From positions 18,332 through 82,331 of the forward strand of contig JANXDW010000026.1 of NCBI GenBank assembly GCA_025058515.1: a stretch of DNA of 64,000 bases, read 5' to 3'. How positions within the stretch are numbered: position 1 is the first letter of the stretch; each line of letters starts with the position of its first letter. This document shows, piece by piece, positions 1 to 11,760 of the stretch. The position numbers and the translations under genes were made by a program. Source of the DNA: Aigarchaeota archaeon (GTDB lineage: Archaea > Thermoproteota > Nitrososphaeria_A > Caldarchaeales > Wolframiiraptoraceae). The notes under the pieces were generated by a model that ran no database searches, was not told where the DNA came from, and saw only the letters and a list, made by a program, of their open reading frames with translations.

Positions 1-1
1 A

Positions 2-742
<741 letters not shown>

Positions 743-920
743 TTTACTTCCCTCCTAATTTATAAGTAAAAACAGGTAAAAGATCATACTAAACTTCATT
801 ATCTCTATTCTTAAAAAAGTGATTCGTATATAGGAAACCCATATGCTCATATCTGGTAAAAGATCAATACATCTTATTGAGAATACACATTTAATCTCAC
901 TATTTCAATATAGTAAATAA

Positions 921-2120
921 TTAATCAAGTATTTTGATGTAGTAGTATAGTAGACCTGTTAAAAATCTTCCTATAGTTGAAGTGAGGTAAAGGTATAGTA
1001 ATGCTTCACTTAGTGAAAATGTAGAAGTTAAATGTTCTAGTAATAATCCTGATAAAATGGGGCCAGTGAAGAGGGCTGTACCTGTAGCAAAATTGTATAG
1101 TGCAGTGCATAGCCCCTTCTCCTTCATCGGCGTTTTCTCTAAAATGTATGAGAAGACCGATGTATCATATATTGAGCTCACTATACCACTAATCAAATGT
1201 ATTAAGAGTAGTGAGAGGAACTCTGGAGTTAAACCATAGAATAAAGGTATAATTGCAAGAGAAGAACTACTTATAATCAATAGTTTTTGAAGACCAATCT
1301 TACTTATCCATCTTAGGAGTAAGAAGAGGCAGATAGCTCCAGAGGCTCCTGAAGCAACCTCTAGTAAACTTATCTCAAAGAAGGTTAGCAAAGCTATCTT
1401 AGTCTGAGTTATTGTAAATAGAGGCCATGAAAGAGATAGAAATACACTAAAACTAGATGATGTGATTATAAATTGGATGAGATGATCATGGCTTTTTACT
1501 TCTACTAAAAGTGATCTCTGTCTATAGTCTCTCTTAACCCTAGGCGGATCTGATTCTACTTCTCGACAATTTATACTGAAGATTATAACTCCTATCAACC
1601 CAGATATGAGTGCGAGAATTAATCCTGCTACAAATCCATTCAATCCAATCTCAGATGTTATTCCAATGGTCAACGTAGCTGTAACCCAACCAATATACAT
1701 AAGTGAATTTATTCTACCTGAAAAAATACGTATCCTCTGCTCTTCTATAACTTCAGCAGAATAAGATATGAAAGTCGGTATAGTCATTGAGATTGCGATA
1801 GAGTGGAGTGTAACGAGAATTATCAAGATCGTTGGTGAACTTGTTAATAATATTGGAATTAGGAGAATTGATGACGAAATACTTCCCACGATTATAAATA
1901 GAGCTTTCTTTCCTATTCTATCACTAATGTACCCCCAGAAGATCTGGAATAAGTTTAGATTGAAGTTCGATAATGCGTAAATTAAACTTACTTGTAGAGG
2001 TGTAGCTCCTAACTGAACTGCATAAATAGGGATGAACGGTGAGCTTGCACCAATGTGAATAGAGTCTAGTAAGGCTTTTGAATACAACGCTTTCTCTACC
2101 TCTGTAGTTCTTACTCCCAT
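921..2120 (-). CDS. MFS-type transporter (multi-pass membrane protein)
   Basis: 399 aa with about 12 hydrophobic helices and an MFS-like loop charge pattern. No specific substrate can be inferred. Confidence 0.55.
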   Translation of the reverse strand: MGVRTTEVEKALYSKALLDSIHIGASSPFIPIYAVQLGATPLQVSLIYALSNFNLNLFQIFWGYISDRIGKKALFIIVGSISSSILLIPILLTSSPTILIILVTLHSIAISMTIPTFISYSAEVIEEQRIRIFSGRINSLMYIGWVTATLTIGITSEIGLNGFVAGLILALISGLIGVIIFSINCREVESDPPRVKRDYRQRSLLVEVKSHDHLIQFIITSSSFSVFLSLSWPLFTITQTKIALLTFFEISLLEVASGASGAICLFLLLRWISKIGLQKLLIISSSSLAIIPLFYGLTPEFLSLLLIHLISGIVSSIYDTSVFSYILEKTPMKEKGLCTALYNFATGTALFTGPILSGLLLEHLTSTFSLSEALLYLYLTSTIGRFLTGLLYYYIKILD

Positions 2121-2354
2121 TTAGCAACACCTCCTTTACACCCTCATGTGAGCCCAAGTATACTCCTAGAGTAGATCAGGAAATATTACAATAGTTTAGA
2201 TAACGTTATTGAAACCTACTTCTAATATTTAGATTATTTTTCCGATATTTAACTAATAATTCTAAATTGGAGTAATATTATTTATTTTCGTTATTATTGA
2301 ATATTTAAAGATATATTTTTCAGTGTAATTATCTTCTTGAAATATGTGTGAATA

Positions 2355-3110
2355 GTGATGAGCGGCTTAGTTGATCCCGTTAAGATTGCTGAGAAGCTTA
2401 AAGATTCTCTTCTTAAAAGAGAAGTCATAATACTTGTTGGATTATTCGAGGTTTCTTATGAAGGGAGAGCTTCATCTATACTTGGTCTAGGTGAAAGAGT
2501 CTTGATGATAAAATCTGATCATAGTATTATCATCCACCGACCAACTAGCTACGAACCCGTTAATTGGCAACCACCAAACTCGAAGATTGAAGTCAATATT
2601 GTTGATGGAAGACTCACGATTATAGCGAGAAGACCTAAACCTTCAGAGATACTTATAGTAAGATTCAATGAAGTCTATCATTATTCATCGTTTAAGTTAA
2701 GAGATGAAGCTGAGTTCTATATGTATGCAACTGAAGAAGATATGAAGCAAGCGATATTGATGCACCCATCTCTTATTGAAGAAGGATTTAAGCCTGTAGA
2801 AGATGAGAGAAAGATCCATCCATCTGGTTTCATAGATATCTTTGGTGTAGATGCTTCTGGAAGATTGGTAGTAGTTGAGATCAAGAGAAGAGAAGCATCA
2901 ATTGAAGATATACGCCAACTCGTCTACTATGTTGATAGCATAGAAAGAGAACTTGGTTCAAGACCGAGAGCAGTAATCGCAGCTCCAAGTATTCAGAAAT
3001 CAGCTACAAGAGAACTTACTTTACATAATGTAGAATACAAATGTATATCACCTAAAAAATGCTTGGAGATTTTGAAGAAGACTAAAGGATTAGATAGATT
3101 TACCTTCTAG
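2355..3110 (+). CDS. nucS: Endonuclease NucS (EndoMS), RecB-like nuclease fold
   Basis: 251 aa. The C-terminal motif IDIFGVDASGRLVVVEIKRR (D...E.K) has NucS-like length and architecture. Confidence 0.7.
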   Translation: MMSGLVDPVKIAEKLKDSLLKREVIILVGLFEVSYEGRASSILGLGERVLMIKSDHSIIIHRPTSYEPVNWQPPNSKIEVNIVDGRLTIIARRPKPSEILIVRFNEVYHYSSFKLRDEAEFYMYATEEDMKQAILMHPSLIEEGFKPVEDERKIHPSGFIDIFGVDASGRLVVVEIKRREASIEDIRQLVYYVDSIERELGSRPRAVIAAPSIQKSATRELTLHNVEYKCISPKKCLEILKKTKGLDRFTF

Positions 3111-4324
3111 AAGAGAGTTACTCTTTTCTGAAGTACCATTTCTTCAATCTTAGTTATATTCTCTAGTTCTTCTTTCACGATCTCGATTGCTTCTTTTACT
3201 ATACTCTGTTCATTTACATTATCTTCTGGAATGTATTGTAGAGATACTGCAAGAGGCTTATTTATTGGTCTACCTATCTGGCTTAAAAGTCTAACGTAAA
3301 TCTCTTTTATACCACCAATCTCTTGATATATTCTCTCAGACATGATCTTTGCTACCACATTATAGATCTTTCCTACATGAGATCTAGCATTCTTCCCAGC
3401 AGTAGCTTCTAAAGACATCTGCCTATTAGGTGTTATCAACCCATTAACTCTATTTCCTCTACCTGTATTTCCATCATCTCCACTCTCTGCAGACGTTCCC
3501 GTAACAGTCAAGTATACAGAGTTCTTACTAGGTATATCAGCTGTATTTACTTGTACGCTTACTTCTACATCTTTCTCTTCTGAAAGGATCTTGTAAGCTA
3601 ATTCTTCAACACTACTCTTTATCTGTTCTTTTACAGATAAGTAGTGGTCAAGGTCTGGTGTAAGAGAAGCTATTAAACTATCTGCTACTGTTATGAAGTA
3701 TTTATTCCCTATCCGTAGCCCCATAACTTTGCAATCTTCACCACTTTCAGGTATTCTCGATTTAAATTCTCTAGCGTTTATCATCCTCTCACTTTCATAA
3801 ACTATCTTCTCCAGCGGGGTGAGGGGTGAGTAACCAACTCCGAAAGAAGTATCATTAGCTAAAGGAGTCTCCTTATTTAGTTCAACCACAGTCTTCAAGT
3901 CAAGGCTTCCAGGTCTAATCTTCGTATCTATCACAACATGTTCTCCAGGATTTAAGAATCTGAAATTTTCTCGAATATATTCTTCAACTTCTCTTTTTAT
4001 CAATTCATGGTAAGGTATCTCTTCTTCTCCTACTTTTATCGTTGCTCTTCCAGCGATAAGGATATAGATAGGGGTCTCTACTACTCCACCTCCAAACCAT
4101 GTTCTAGAACTCCCACCCACCAATAGTCCTTTATCTAGATTGTGATGAAGCACCATCCCATATCTTTCTTTGTAATATCTTGATAATGCTCTACTTGCAG
4201 CTTCACATGCTGAATCTATGATATAGTCAGGGTGTCCAAGTCCTTTCCGTTCTACAAACTCTGTCTGCTGACGATGTACAGGCACTCTATCTAATCTCTC
4301 TACAATTATCTGAGATCTCCACAT
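3107..4324 (-). CDS. mat: Archaeal-type S-adenosylmethionine synthetase (methionine adenosyltransferase)
   Basis: 405 aa with an N-terminal GLGHPDYI motif and a Gly-rich TGTSAESGDDGNTGRGNR loop, both typical of archaeal MAT. Confidence 0.8.
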   Translation of the reverse strand: MWRSQIIVERLDRVPVHRQQTEFVERKGLGHPDYIIDSACEAASRALSRYYKERYGMVLHHNLDKGLLVGGSSRTWFGGGVVETPIYILIAGRATIKVGEEEIPYHELIKREVEEYIRENFRFLNPGEHVVIDTKIRPGSLDLKTVVELNKETPLANDTSFGVGYSPLTPLEKIVYESERMINAREFKSRIPESGEDCKVMGLRIGNKYFITVADSLIASLTPDLDHYLSVKEQIKSSVEELAYKILSEEKDVEVSVQVNTADIPSKNSVYLTVTGTSAESGDDGNTGRGNRVNGLITPNRQMSLEATAGKNARSHVGKIYNVVAKIMSERIYQEIGGIKEIYVRLLSQIGRPINKPLAVSLQYIPEDNVNEQSIVKEAIEIVKEELENITKIEEMVLQKRVTLF

Positions 4325-4553
4325 CTCAGAAGCCTAAAATTAGAATACTATAACACTATTTAACTCCTATTACACTATTCCTCAGACAATAAGTGGGTAG
4401 AGGTGAGGTATGAAGAAAACACTCCAAGTTATAGATTTTTACTCAATCATTATCTGAACTACGATATAGCGGGATTAAAGATTCTTGAAACGTCTTATAA
4501 CTTATAGTCTAATTTTGTATCTTTTCATCCAACCTCAACACTTAAGGAGTACC

Positions 4554-4817
4554 TTATTCACTCTCTCCAGGTATTAGCTGTATATACATTATGTTATTTC
4601 CTCTTATTAGTATTCTTGGGTACATGGCCTTCTTATTATTATCTTGATACTCTACCGCCTTCTCGATTACTAGGTTCATGTAGCTATCACACTCAACTAC
4701 AGTTCCTTCATACATTAAATCATTCTTTAAAGTTACTTTAATACTCCTATTGAGGTATTTTGTAATTAGTAGTAGAGGTTTTTTACCGGTCTCCATGGAA
4801 GACACCGAATTTTTCAA
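4554..4817 (-). CDS. Sm-like archaeal protein (SmAP/LSm)
   Basis: Sm1-like block KVTLKNDLMYEGTVVECDSYMNLVIEKAVE and Sm2-like block ILIRGNNIMYI. The true start may be the internal Met (METGKK...). Confidence 0.65.
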   Translation of the reverse strand: MKNSVSSMETGKKPLLLITKYLNRSIKVTLKNDLMYEGTVVECDSYMNLVIEKAVEYQDNNKKAMYPRILIRGNNIMYIQLIPGESE

Positions 4818-4977
4818 GAGTTCTTCTTTATTCTATACTTCTCAGATAGCTTTAAACATTTCGTTAGAAAAACTTGAAACCAAAGATCTAATTACGATCT
4901 ACTTTCCTACCCTATATTTAGTTAAGGAAGAGAATGATACATCGACCTGAGCAATTGATAGATTTACATATATGTAT

Positions 4978-5685
4978 CTATTTTAAGTTTAATACTTCTT
5001 GAAGTTTAGGTGGTATCCGAAGTTCTGAGAAGCATATCCCACAAACGAATAGGTCTCCTGAGATCTGCTGACTAAGTTTTAATGGAGCATTACATACAGG
5101 GCAAGACTTACTTGGAACATCTGGAGCAAATATTCTCTTACCACATGCTTCACATTTATTTGAACCAACTGGATTAAGCTTTCCACAATGTGGACATACA
5201 AGCTCTGAAGCTCTAGATACTACTTCTATAGTAGGTTCTTTCTCTACAGGTTTCTCCACCTTCTTTTCTACAGTAGGTTTCGCACCTGTCTCGATAATCT
5301 CCTCTATCTCTTTCTCTATCTCTTCAACAACGCTCTCTTTACTAAGTTCTACTGGACCGCTCACTCGTTCTGTAGTAAGTTTTTGAGGTTCTCTTCTAGG
5401 TGATGGTCTTCTAATAACTGGCGTAGGAGCTGGATACGCATAGCTTCCAGAAGTTATTGTTATACCTGTTCTTACAGCTCTAACATATAAGAGGAGCCCG
5501 ATACCACTTATTACTGCACCAATTATTATTGCATAAATTAAGTAGGAGAAGCCCATTACTGCTGTATCTAAGAATATTCTAATAGAGTTGTCTACGGGTA
5601 GAGATACGTAGTAAACTACTAGACCTAGGATCAATGCCACTCCAAGTAGACTTAAAGTCATGCCGATGATCATGAGCGGTGTCAT
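4978..5685 (-). CDS. Membrane-anchored protein with C-terminal tandem zinc ribbons (CPHCG..CEACG; CPVCN..CGIC)
   Basis: Two or three N-terminal TM helices, an acidic and Pro-rich linker, then four CxxC pairs. Its start overlaps the upstream Rio2 stop (ATGA). Confidence 0.4.
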   Translation of the reverse strand: MTPLMIIGMTLSLLGVALILGLVVYYVSLPVDNSIRIFLDTAVMGFSYLIYAIIIGAVISGIGLLLYVRAVRTGITITSGSYAYPAPTPVIRRPSPRREPQKLTTERVSGPVELSKESVVEEIEKEIEEIIETGAKPTVEKKVEKPVEKEPTIEVVSRASELVCPHCGKLNPVGSNKCEACGKRIFAPDVPSKSCPVCNAPLKLSQQISGDLFVCGICFSELRIPPKLQEVLNLK

Positions 5686-6617
5686 CCACTAACACCTTTT
5701 AATAGATTCTTATCTTTGGCCGTATTAAAAGTTTCCCCCAAGATCTTATCAATAAAATCTTGATATTCTCTCTGTATTATGTTTATCCTCCACCTCCGTC
5801 TAAAGTACTTTATCAAGTTAGTTAAATCTCTACTCAAATAAACATGAGCCATGGGATGATCTATCCTAACCCACTGAGGCCAATCAATAATAACTATCTC
5901 TTCAGATTGAGTAACTAAAATATTGTAGATGCTTAAATCGCTATGAACTATCCCCGAATTGTACATTCTGATAATGTTATCAAGAATCTTTGAGAATATC
6001 TTACTCGGATCTTTAATAAATTGAGCTGAAGAGATCTCTACTCCTCTAAATATCTTAGTTACTACTATGTGCTTTTCTCTAGCGATGGGCTCAGGTACAG
6101 CAACTCCTTCAGGGTGAAGGATTTTAAGAGCTTGGAATTCTCTTCTAGCAGCTTCCATTGATGCATGGAGATGTGAATGGATTAATGAGAGAGATGGTCT
6201 CTTCTTTCCATACCCTTTAAAACTTGTTCTACCTATCCTGAAAAATTTTAGAGCAATGTTCTCACCGCTAGGTGAGAGAGCCTCATAGACATCTGCTTCT
6301 TTTCCAACACCTAATGATTTCCCAATACTCTCTACTAAGTTCTTCTTGACCAGATTATTCAAAGCCAATAAATCTAATCCATTATAATTTAGTATGTAGC
6401 CTTTTGTTCTTCCTCTTGGAGACCATATAAGCTTATACAGGTTCAGTTTTTTAACTAGTTTTTCAATACTCGACTCATCGAGATTTGATTGCCTAACTAT
6501 TACTTCCTGAGGTACAACTTCATATTTTCTCATATTCTTCTCAAGTATCCTTAATATCTTGAAATGGTCTTCTTCTAGATCTTTAAATATCGTCTTGACG
6601 AGATAGTGTAGAGACAT
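5682..6617 (-). CDS. rio2: RIO-type serine kinase, Rio2-like (N-terminal wHTH plus RIO domain)
   Basis: Catalytic loop IVHSDLSIYNILV and metal-binding IIDWPQ. The 311-aa length with an N-terminal extension fits Rio2. Confidence 0.7.
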   Translation of the reverse strand: MSLHYLVKTIFKDLEEDHFKILRILEKNMRKYEVVPQEVIVRQSNLDESSIEKLVKKLNLYKLIWSPRGRTKGYILNYNGLDLLALNNLVKKNLVESIGKSLGVGKEADVYEALSPSGENIALKFFRIGRTSFKGYGKKRPSLSLIHSHLHASMEAARREFQALKILHPEGVAVPEPIAREKHIVVTKIFRGVEISSAQFIKDPSKIFSKILDNIIRMYNSGIVHSDLSIYNILVTQSEEIVIIDWPQWVRIDHPMAHVYLSRDLTNLIKYFRRRWRINIIQREYQDFIDKILGETFNTAKDKNLLKGVSG

Positions 6618-9600
6618 CTATACTTTCTTCACGCCTATCTTTATATTATCTCCATCTATCTCCCATTCTCTAACATATCCTTGAACTTCTCCTCGAATCT
6701 TTATATCAAGATGTGAGCATCTAGTCTCTTCTCTTATGAATTCTTTAACACTGTTTAGATTGTCGCTCCATTCTTCATCTGGAACAGATATATCCACAGA
6801 GATGTAGTCTAGTATGTGTAACCCCATATCTCTTCTCATGATCTGTATTCTTCTAATGACTTCTCTCCCAAGAGCTATTGCTACAAGTTCTTTTGTCTCT
6901 GTTACATCTAGATAGATCTTAGCAAATCTTCCATCTTCTCTTAATAAATTCTCTGGAAGCTTCTCTTCAAACTCTACTTCACCATTATTCAATCTAATAA
7001 TGCTTCCATCAGTAAGCATCAGTTCATAGAAACCTCTAGTTTCAAGAGCGTTCTTGAGATCTTCAACATCAACTGTAGATAGTCTTTCAACTATATCTTT
7101 CATCTTCTTTCCATATTTTGGTCCTAATATGCTGTAGACTGGTTTAACTAAATGTCTAGTCTCTGGATGATCGGCTCCAACACCTAGAATTTCCAATTCA
7201 AAAGTGTTTAACTGAATCTTGATAAATTCTCTTAGATCCTCAAAGGCTTTCTTGACTCTCATGGAGTTTGGAGAGAGTATGTATGCCTTAACTGGAGATC
7301 TTAATTTCTTTCCAGCTTTCTGACGAAGTGCTAATGCTTCCGTTAATGTTTGACGAGCTATCTCCATCATATCTTCTAGTTCATCGTTTATCCATTCTTC
7401 ATCAGCTTTTGGCCATCTAAGCATGTGCACACTCTCAGGGTCATCTTCTAGTTTAAGCTGTTGGTAGAGTTTCTCAGCTAGGTAAGGTATAATTGGAGAG
7501 ATTAATGTAACTAGTTTCTTGAGAGTATAGTAGAGGGTTGCGTAGACGCTTATCTTATCCCACGTCTGTTCTTCAATCCAGACTCTTCTCCTAATAGAGC
7601 GTACATACAATCTACTAAGGTCTTCTAATATGAATTCTCTTATTACCCTTGCAGCAGAATGTATCTCTAATTGCTCTAAAGACTTTGTAACAATCTTTAC
7701 TAAGTTATTTATTCTAGAGACTATCCATCTATCTTCTAGTCTAAGATGTTTCTCTACTTTTTGGAGTGTAAAATTATCTGGTTGGAATCGGTCTATCTCA
7801 AAGTAGGTGGATGCGAATGAGAATACATTCCATAGAATGTTGAGCTCTTGCATTATCTGTTCAACTTCTTTGTGAACGAAGTTCATGTTGTCCCATGGTG
7901 CCGACTTAGAGACCAGGTATAATCTTAGAGGGTCAGCTCCAAATCTTTCTATAGCTTCTATAGCCCACACTACGTTTCCCTTGCTCTTCGACATCTTCTT
8001 TCCTTCAGCATCCATTACGTGACCTTGGTTTAAGACTATTTTATACGGTGCCTCACCATAAAGTAGACATGATGTAAATAGTAGAGTGTAAAACCATCCT
8101 CTGGTCTGGTCTATTGCTTCTGTAATGAAATCGTATGGGAATAATTTTCTAAATAGTTCTCGATTTGATAATGCATCTATGCTCGCTGTATGAGCCATTC
8201 CAGAGTCAAGCCAAGTATCCATTACGAATACTTCTCTCATCATCAATTCACCACATCTAGAGCACTTGAACATAACCTGGTCAACCCAAGGTCTAAGTAG
8301 TCTTATCTGATCAGGCTTAACTTCTGCTTTAAGCAATTCTTCCTTACTTCCAACTACCTTCTTCTCTCCACATCTCCTACATTTCCAGATCGGTAACGGT
8401 GTACCCCAGATCTTCGTCCTACTAATACACCAATCTTCAGCATTCTCCAACCAATCTCCAAATCTATGATACCCAGCCCATGCAGGTTTCCATAATACTC
8501 TCTTATTCTCTTCAATCATTATCTTCTTTATTCTATCTACTTTTATGAACCATTGTCGACTTGAGAGGTATATTAGTGGTGAACCACATCTCCAGCAATG
8601 TGGATAGTTATGAAGTATCTTACCTTCCCAGATTAAGAGACCTCTATCTTTAAGGTATTCTACGATCTTCTTTCCTGCTTCACTGTATGTTAACCCAGAG
8701 TATTCTCCACCATCAATCGTAAAGTACCCATATGTAGATACTGGGTTGAAGATCGGTAGCCCAATCTTTACACCGACTTCAAAGTCTTCTGGACCATGGG
8801 CGGGAGCAGTATGAACACATCCAGTACCTTCCTCCATTGTCACGAATTCAGCGGCAATTACCGTGTGGGCTGGAGGACTGTGTTCTTTATGTCGAGGCAC
8901 CTTCTCGATTAATGGATGAATATACTTAAGTCCAGTGAGAGCTGAGCCTTTAAACCGTTCTAAGATCTCGAAAACTCTTACTCCAACTTCTTCAGTGAAT
9001 CTGTTAAGTAACTTCTCAGCTAAGATCCATTCTTCATTTCCTACTTTTATCTTGAGATAGTATTCATCTGGATGTACTGCTACTGCTTCATTCCCCGCTA
9101 GAGTCCAAGGGGTCGTAGTCCATATTAAAATGTATAGATTATTGCTACCCTCTATTGGAAACTTTACGTATATCGATGGATCTTCAACTTCTTCATATCC
9201 TTGAGCTACCTCATGACTGCTTAATGGTGTTTCACATCTTGGACAATATGGGACTACTTTAAAACTCTCAACTAAGTCGCCTTTCTCATAAGCTTGTTTT
9301 ATAAACCACCAAACATGCTCTATGTATCTCTCCCTTCTAGTTTCGTAAGCATTATCAAAGTCTAACCAGAGACCGAGCCTCTCCGATGCTTCTCTCCAAT
9401 GTTTTATATAGTAGTCTACCAACCTATCTGCTTCTTCAACAAACTTATCTAATCCATACAACTCTGCATCCCTCTTAGAGGTGAAGCCAAGTTTTTTCTC
9501 AACTTCTATCTCTGTAGGTAGTCCTAGGCAGTCCCATCCACCTCTCCTCCAAATATCTAGACCCTTCATTGTGTGAAATCTGAGAACGATGTCTTTGTAA

Positions 9601-9782
9601 ACTCTACCACGTGCATGACCGATATGCATGTATCCATTAGCTGTTGGAGGACCTTCAAGGAATGCGAAGATAGGTGCTCCACGATTCATATTGAATACTT
9701 TCTCTATTATATTATTCTCTTTCCACCATCGAGAGATCTCTTTTTCTACTTCTATCGGATTATACCTACCAGTTAGAACCAT
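6618..9782 (-). CDS. ileS: Isoleucyl-tRNA synthetase
   Basis: 1054 aa. HIGH motif (PPTANGYMHIGHARGR), KMSKS motif (KKMSKSKGN) and editing-domain length. Confidence 0.95.
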   Translation of the reverse strand: MVLTGRYNPIEVEKEISRWWKENNIIEKVFNMNRGAPIFAFLEGPPTANGYMHIGHARGRVYKDIVLRFHTMKGLDIWRRGGWDCLGLPTEIEVEKKLGFTSKRDAELYGLDKFVEEADRLVDYYIKHWREASERLGLWLDFDNAYETRRERYIEHVWWFIKQAYEKGDLVESFKVVPYCPRCETPLSSHEVAQGYEEVEDPSIYVKFPIEGSNNLYILIWTTTPWTLAGNEAVAVHPDEYYLKIKVGNEEWILAEKLLNRFTEEVGVRVFEILERFKGSALTGLKYIHPLIEKVPRHKEHSPPAHTVIAAEFVTMEEGTGCVHTAPAHGPEDFEVGVKIGLPIFNPVSTYGYFTIDGGEYSGLTYSEAGKKIVEYLKDRGLLIWEGKILHNYPHCWRCGSPLIYLSSRQWFIKVDRIKKIMIEENKRVLWKPAWAGYHRFGDWLENAEDWCISRTKIWGTPLPIWKCRRCGEKKVVGSKEELLKAEVKPDQIRLLRPWVDQVMFKCSRCGELMMREVFVMDTWLDSGMAHTASIDALSNRELFRKLFPYDFITEAIDQTRGWFYTLLFTSCLLYGEAPYKIVLNQGHVMDAEGKKMSKSKGNVVWAIEAIERFGADPLRLYLVSKSAPWDNMNFVHKEVEQIMQELNILWNVFSFASTYFEIDRFQPDNFTLQKVEKHLRLEDRWIVSRINNLVKIVTKSLEQLEIHSAARVIREFILEDLSRLYVRSIRRRVWIEEQTWDKISVYATLYYTLKKLVTLISPIIPYLAEKLYQQLKLEDDPESVHMLRWPKADEEWINDELEDMMEIARQTLTEALALRQKAGKKLRSPVKAYILSPNSMRVKKAFEDLREFIKIQLNTFELEILGVGADHPETRHLVKPVYSILGPKYGKKMKDIVERLSTVDVEDLKNALETRGFYELMLTDGSIIRLNNGEVEFEEKLPENLLREDGRFAKIYLDVTETKELVAIALGREVIRRIQIMRRDMGLHILDYISVDISVPDEEWSDNLNSVKEFIREETRCSHLDIKIRGEVQGYVREWEIDGDNIKIGVKKV

Positions 9783-10133
9783 AGCTTACACCCACCTTTA
9801 AATAACTATCCATCTTAACTACTTCTCCACGATTCTGACTACAAACATGGATTAATGAATTTGGTAGGACATCATCCACATCTACGTAAAATCTTAGAAG
9901 AATTTAAACCTTCAACCTAAATCGATAAGATAATCTAAGAGATGTTCGGTGGAACGAGAACTCTTCTCCACCTCTATTAAAGTATAGATATAGAATGATA
10001 GTATCGGTTTATCCAGAAGCTTATGAAGCTAATTATAATTAATAAGGATAAGAGTACTATGAGGTGATGATCATCGCTCATGTTAAATCTACGATTTTGA
10101 AAATACTAGAGATAGTATAGATCCAATAGAAAT

Positions 10134-10931
10134 CTACATTATTGCTTCATCTAGATATTTACCACATTGGCAGCTTCTCTCTTCAGGGATCTTCGGGATA
10201 GCTTTCTCTAATAACTTTCTAACCTTCTCAACATTCTCCTTCATAGTCCTTACAACTTCTTCTGCACTAACAGGTTTCTCAGCCCATACATCGTAGTCGG
10301 TTACCATGGCTATGGTTAGGTAGCACATCCTCGCTTCTCTAGCAAGGTTTACTTCAGGTACTAGAGTCATGCCTATTATATGTGCACCCCAACTTCGGTA
10401 AAGTCTAGATTCAGCTCTAGTTGAGAATCTAGGTCCTTGAATGCAGACATAGACTCCACCTCTATGTATTGGTAAGTTTAGAGATCTTGCAACATCGTAT
10501 ATTATGTCTGTTAGCTCTGGGCAGAATGGGTCGGCCATGCTAATATGAGCTACCTTCCCTCCATCGTAGAATGTTCCAGGTCTTCCCCAGGTCCTATCGA
10601 TATACTGGTCGGGAAGAACTAGTTCTCCCGGTTTATAATCTTCTTGTAGACTACCTACAGCACTCGGTGCGAGGATTCTCTCAACCTCTAATTCTTTTAG
10701 TGCCCAGATATTTGCACGATAGTTTATAGCGTGTGGAGGAATTGTGTGACCTTCTCCATGTCTTGGGATGAAGGCTACCGACCTATTCATATACTCTCCT
10801 ACAGTAACATAAGCACTAGGTGAACCGTATGGTGTATAGACTTTAATTTTCTCAACATTCTTTAGAAGACCTGGGTCGTATATTCCAGACCCGCCTATCA
10901 GCCCTATCTTACATTTCCTAATCCCAACCAT
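10134..10931 (-). CDS. mtnP: S-methyl-5'-thioadenosine phosphorylase / purine nucleoside phosphorylase (PNP family II)
   Basis: N-terminal [14 protein letters not shown]-fold residues, and a C-terminal Cys cluster (CQCGKY) as in archaeal MTAPs. Confidence 0.75.
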   Translation of the reverse strand: MVGIRKCKIGLIGGSGIYDPGLLKNVEKIKVYTPYGSPSAYVTVGEYMNRSVAFIPRHGEGHTIPPHAINYRANIWALKELEVERILAPSAVGSLQEDYKPGELVLPDQYIDRTWGRPGTFYDGGKVAHISMADPFCPELTDIIYDVARSLNLPIHRGGVYVCIQGPRFSTRAESRLYRSWGAHIIGMTLVPEVNLAREARMCYLTIAMVTDYDVWAEKPVSAEEVVRTMKENVEKVRKLLEKAIPKIPEERSCQCGKYLDEAIM

Positions 10932-10972
10932 AAAACATCTAAACTTTAGAGATAATATCTTTAAGATAAATA

Positions 10973-11749
10973 TTATATTAGAGTGGCGAGTTCTCTAAAA
11001 GAAGTTTTCTTGAAACCCTTAATCTCTTCTCCTCTTGAAGTAACGTTATAGAGCTTTTTATCTGAAGTTGATGAATAGAGTTCTAGAAGAGTCTTACCGA
11101 TAGAGAGCTTCTTCTTTTTAATCTTAACCCATCTCTCGTCCATCATATTATAGTTTTTAGAGTACTGACCTATCTCTTCTCCAAAATCCATTCCCGCTAA
11201 CACTATCTTCTCGAAACCTAGTATATCAGATAAGAAGACTGCTCTATCTCCATCTGTGAATCCACCGAAGTTGTACATGTTTCCAAATGGTTCGCATTGT
11301 ACAGTCCCTAGTATTCTCCCATATAGACGTGGTAAAAGACTTCTTATCTTTATAATATTATCTCCATGAGCATGTACTATCATGGCAAGACATCTCCTCG
11401 AAGATTCTATCAATATATCATCACCTCCATCTAGATCTGTTACAATAAAATCCATTCTTAGTTTCTTGTCTAAGAATGCTCGTGAAGCTCCATCAGCTAC
11501 AAAGACGGTGACTTTATCAATTATATCTAACTCTATAAACTCCTGTATGTCTAATGTAAGCGATGGACCTGCACCGAAGATTATCGCTGTATCATTTTCC
11601 TTAATCATCTCTTTCAATTCATGAATTGTTAAAGCTCTACTAGCTAACATCTCATTCAATATATGAGCTGCTCTAAGATCTTCTTCAACTGAGTATCCCA
11701 TCTCTCTAACTATCTCAAGATATATCGGCTCCCACTCTTCCCATCTCAC
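10973..11749 (-). CDS. MptE-like protein (DUF115/PF01973 family; putative 6-hydroxymethyl-7,8-dihydropterin diphosphokinase)
   Basis: IIFGAGPSL Rossmann-like motif and about 250-aa size typical of the DUF115/MptE family. It sits next to an MptA-type GTP cyclohydrolase. Confidence 0.45.
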   Translation of the reverse strand: MRWEEWEPIYLEIVREMGYSVEEDLRAAHILNEMLASRALTIHELKEMIKENDTAIIFGAGPSLTLDIQEFIELDIIDKVTVFVADGASRAFLDKKLRMDFIVTDLDGGDDILIESSRRCLAMIVHAHGDNIIKIRSLLPRLYGRILGTVQCEPFGNMYNFGGFTDGDRAVFLSDILGFEKIVLAGMDFGEEIGQYSKNYNMMDERWVKIKKKKLSIGKTLLELYSSTSDKKLYNVTSRGEEIKGFKKTSFRELATLI

Positions 11750-11760
11750 TAGATTACCAC

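Noticed and set aside
9783-10133. Possible C/D-box sRNA (GTGATGA-like box near 10063)
   Set aside because: No properly spaced D box (CTGA) or C' and D' boxes, and no terminal stem. The match is probably fortuitous in AT-rich intergenic DNA.
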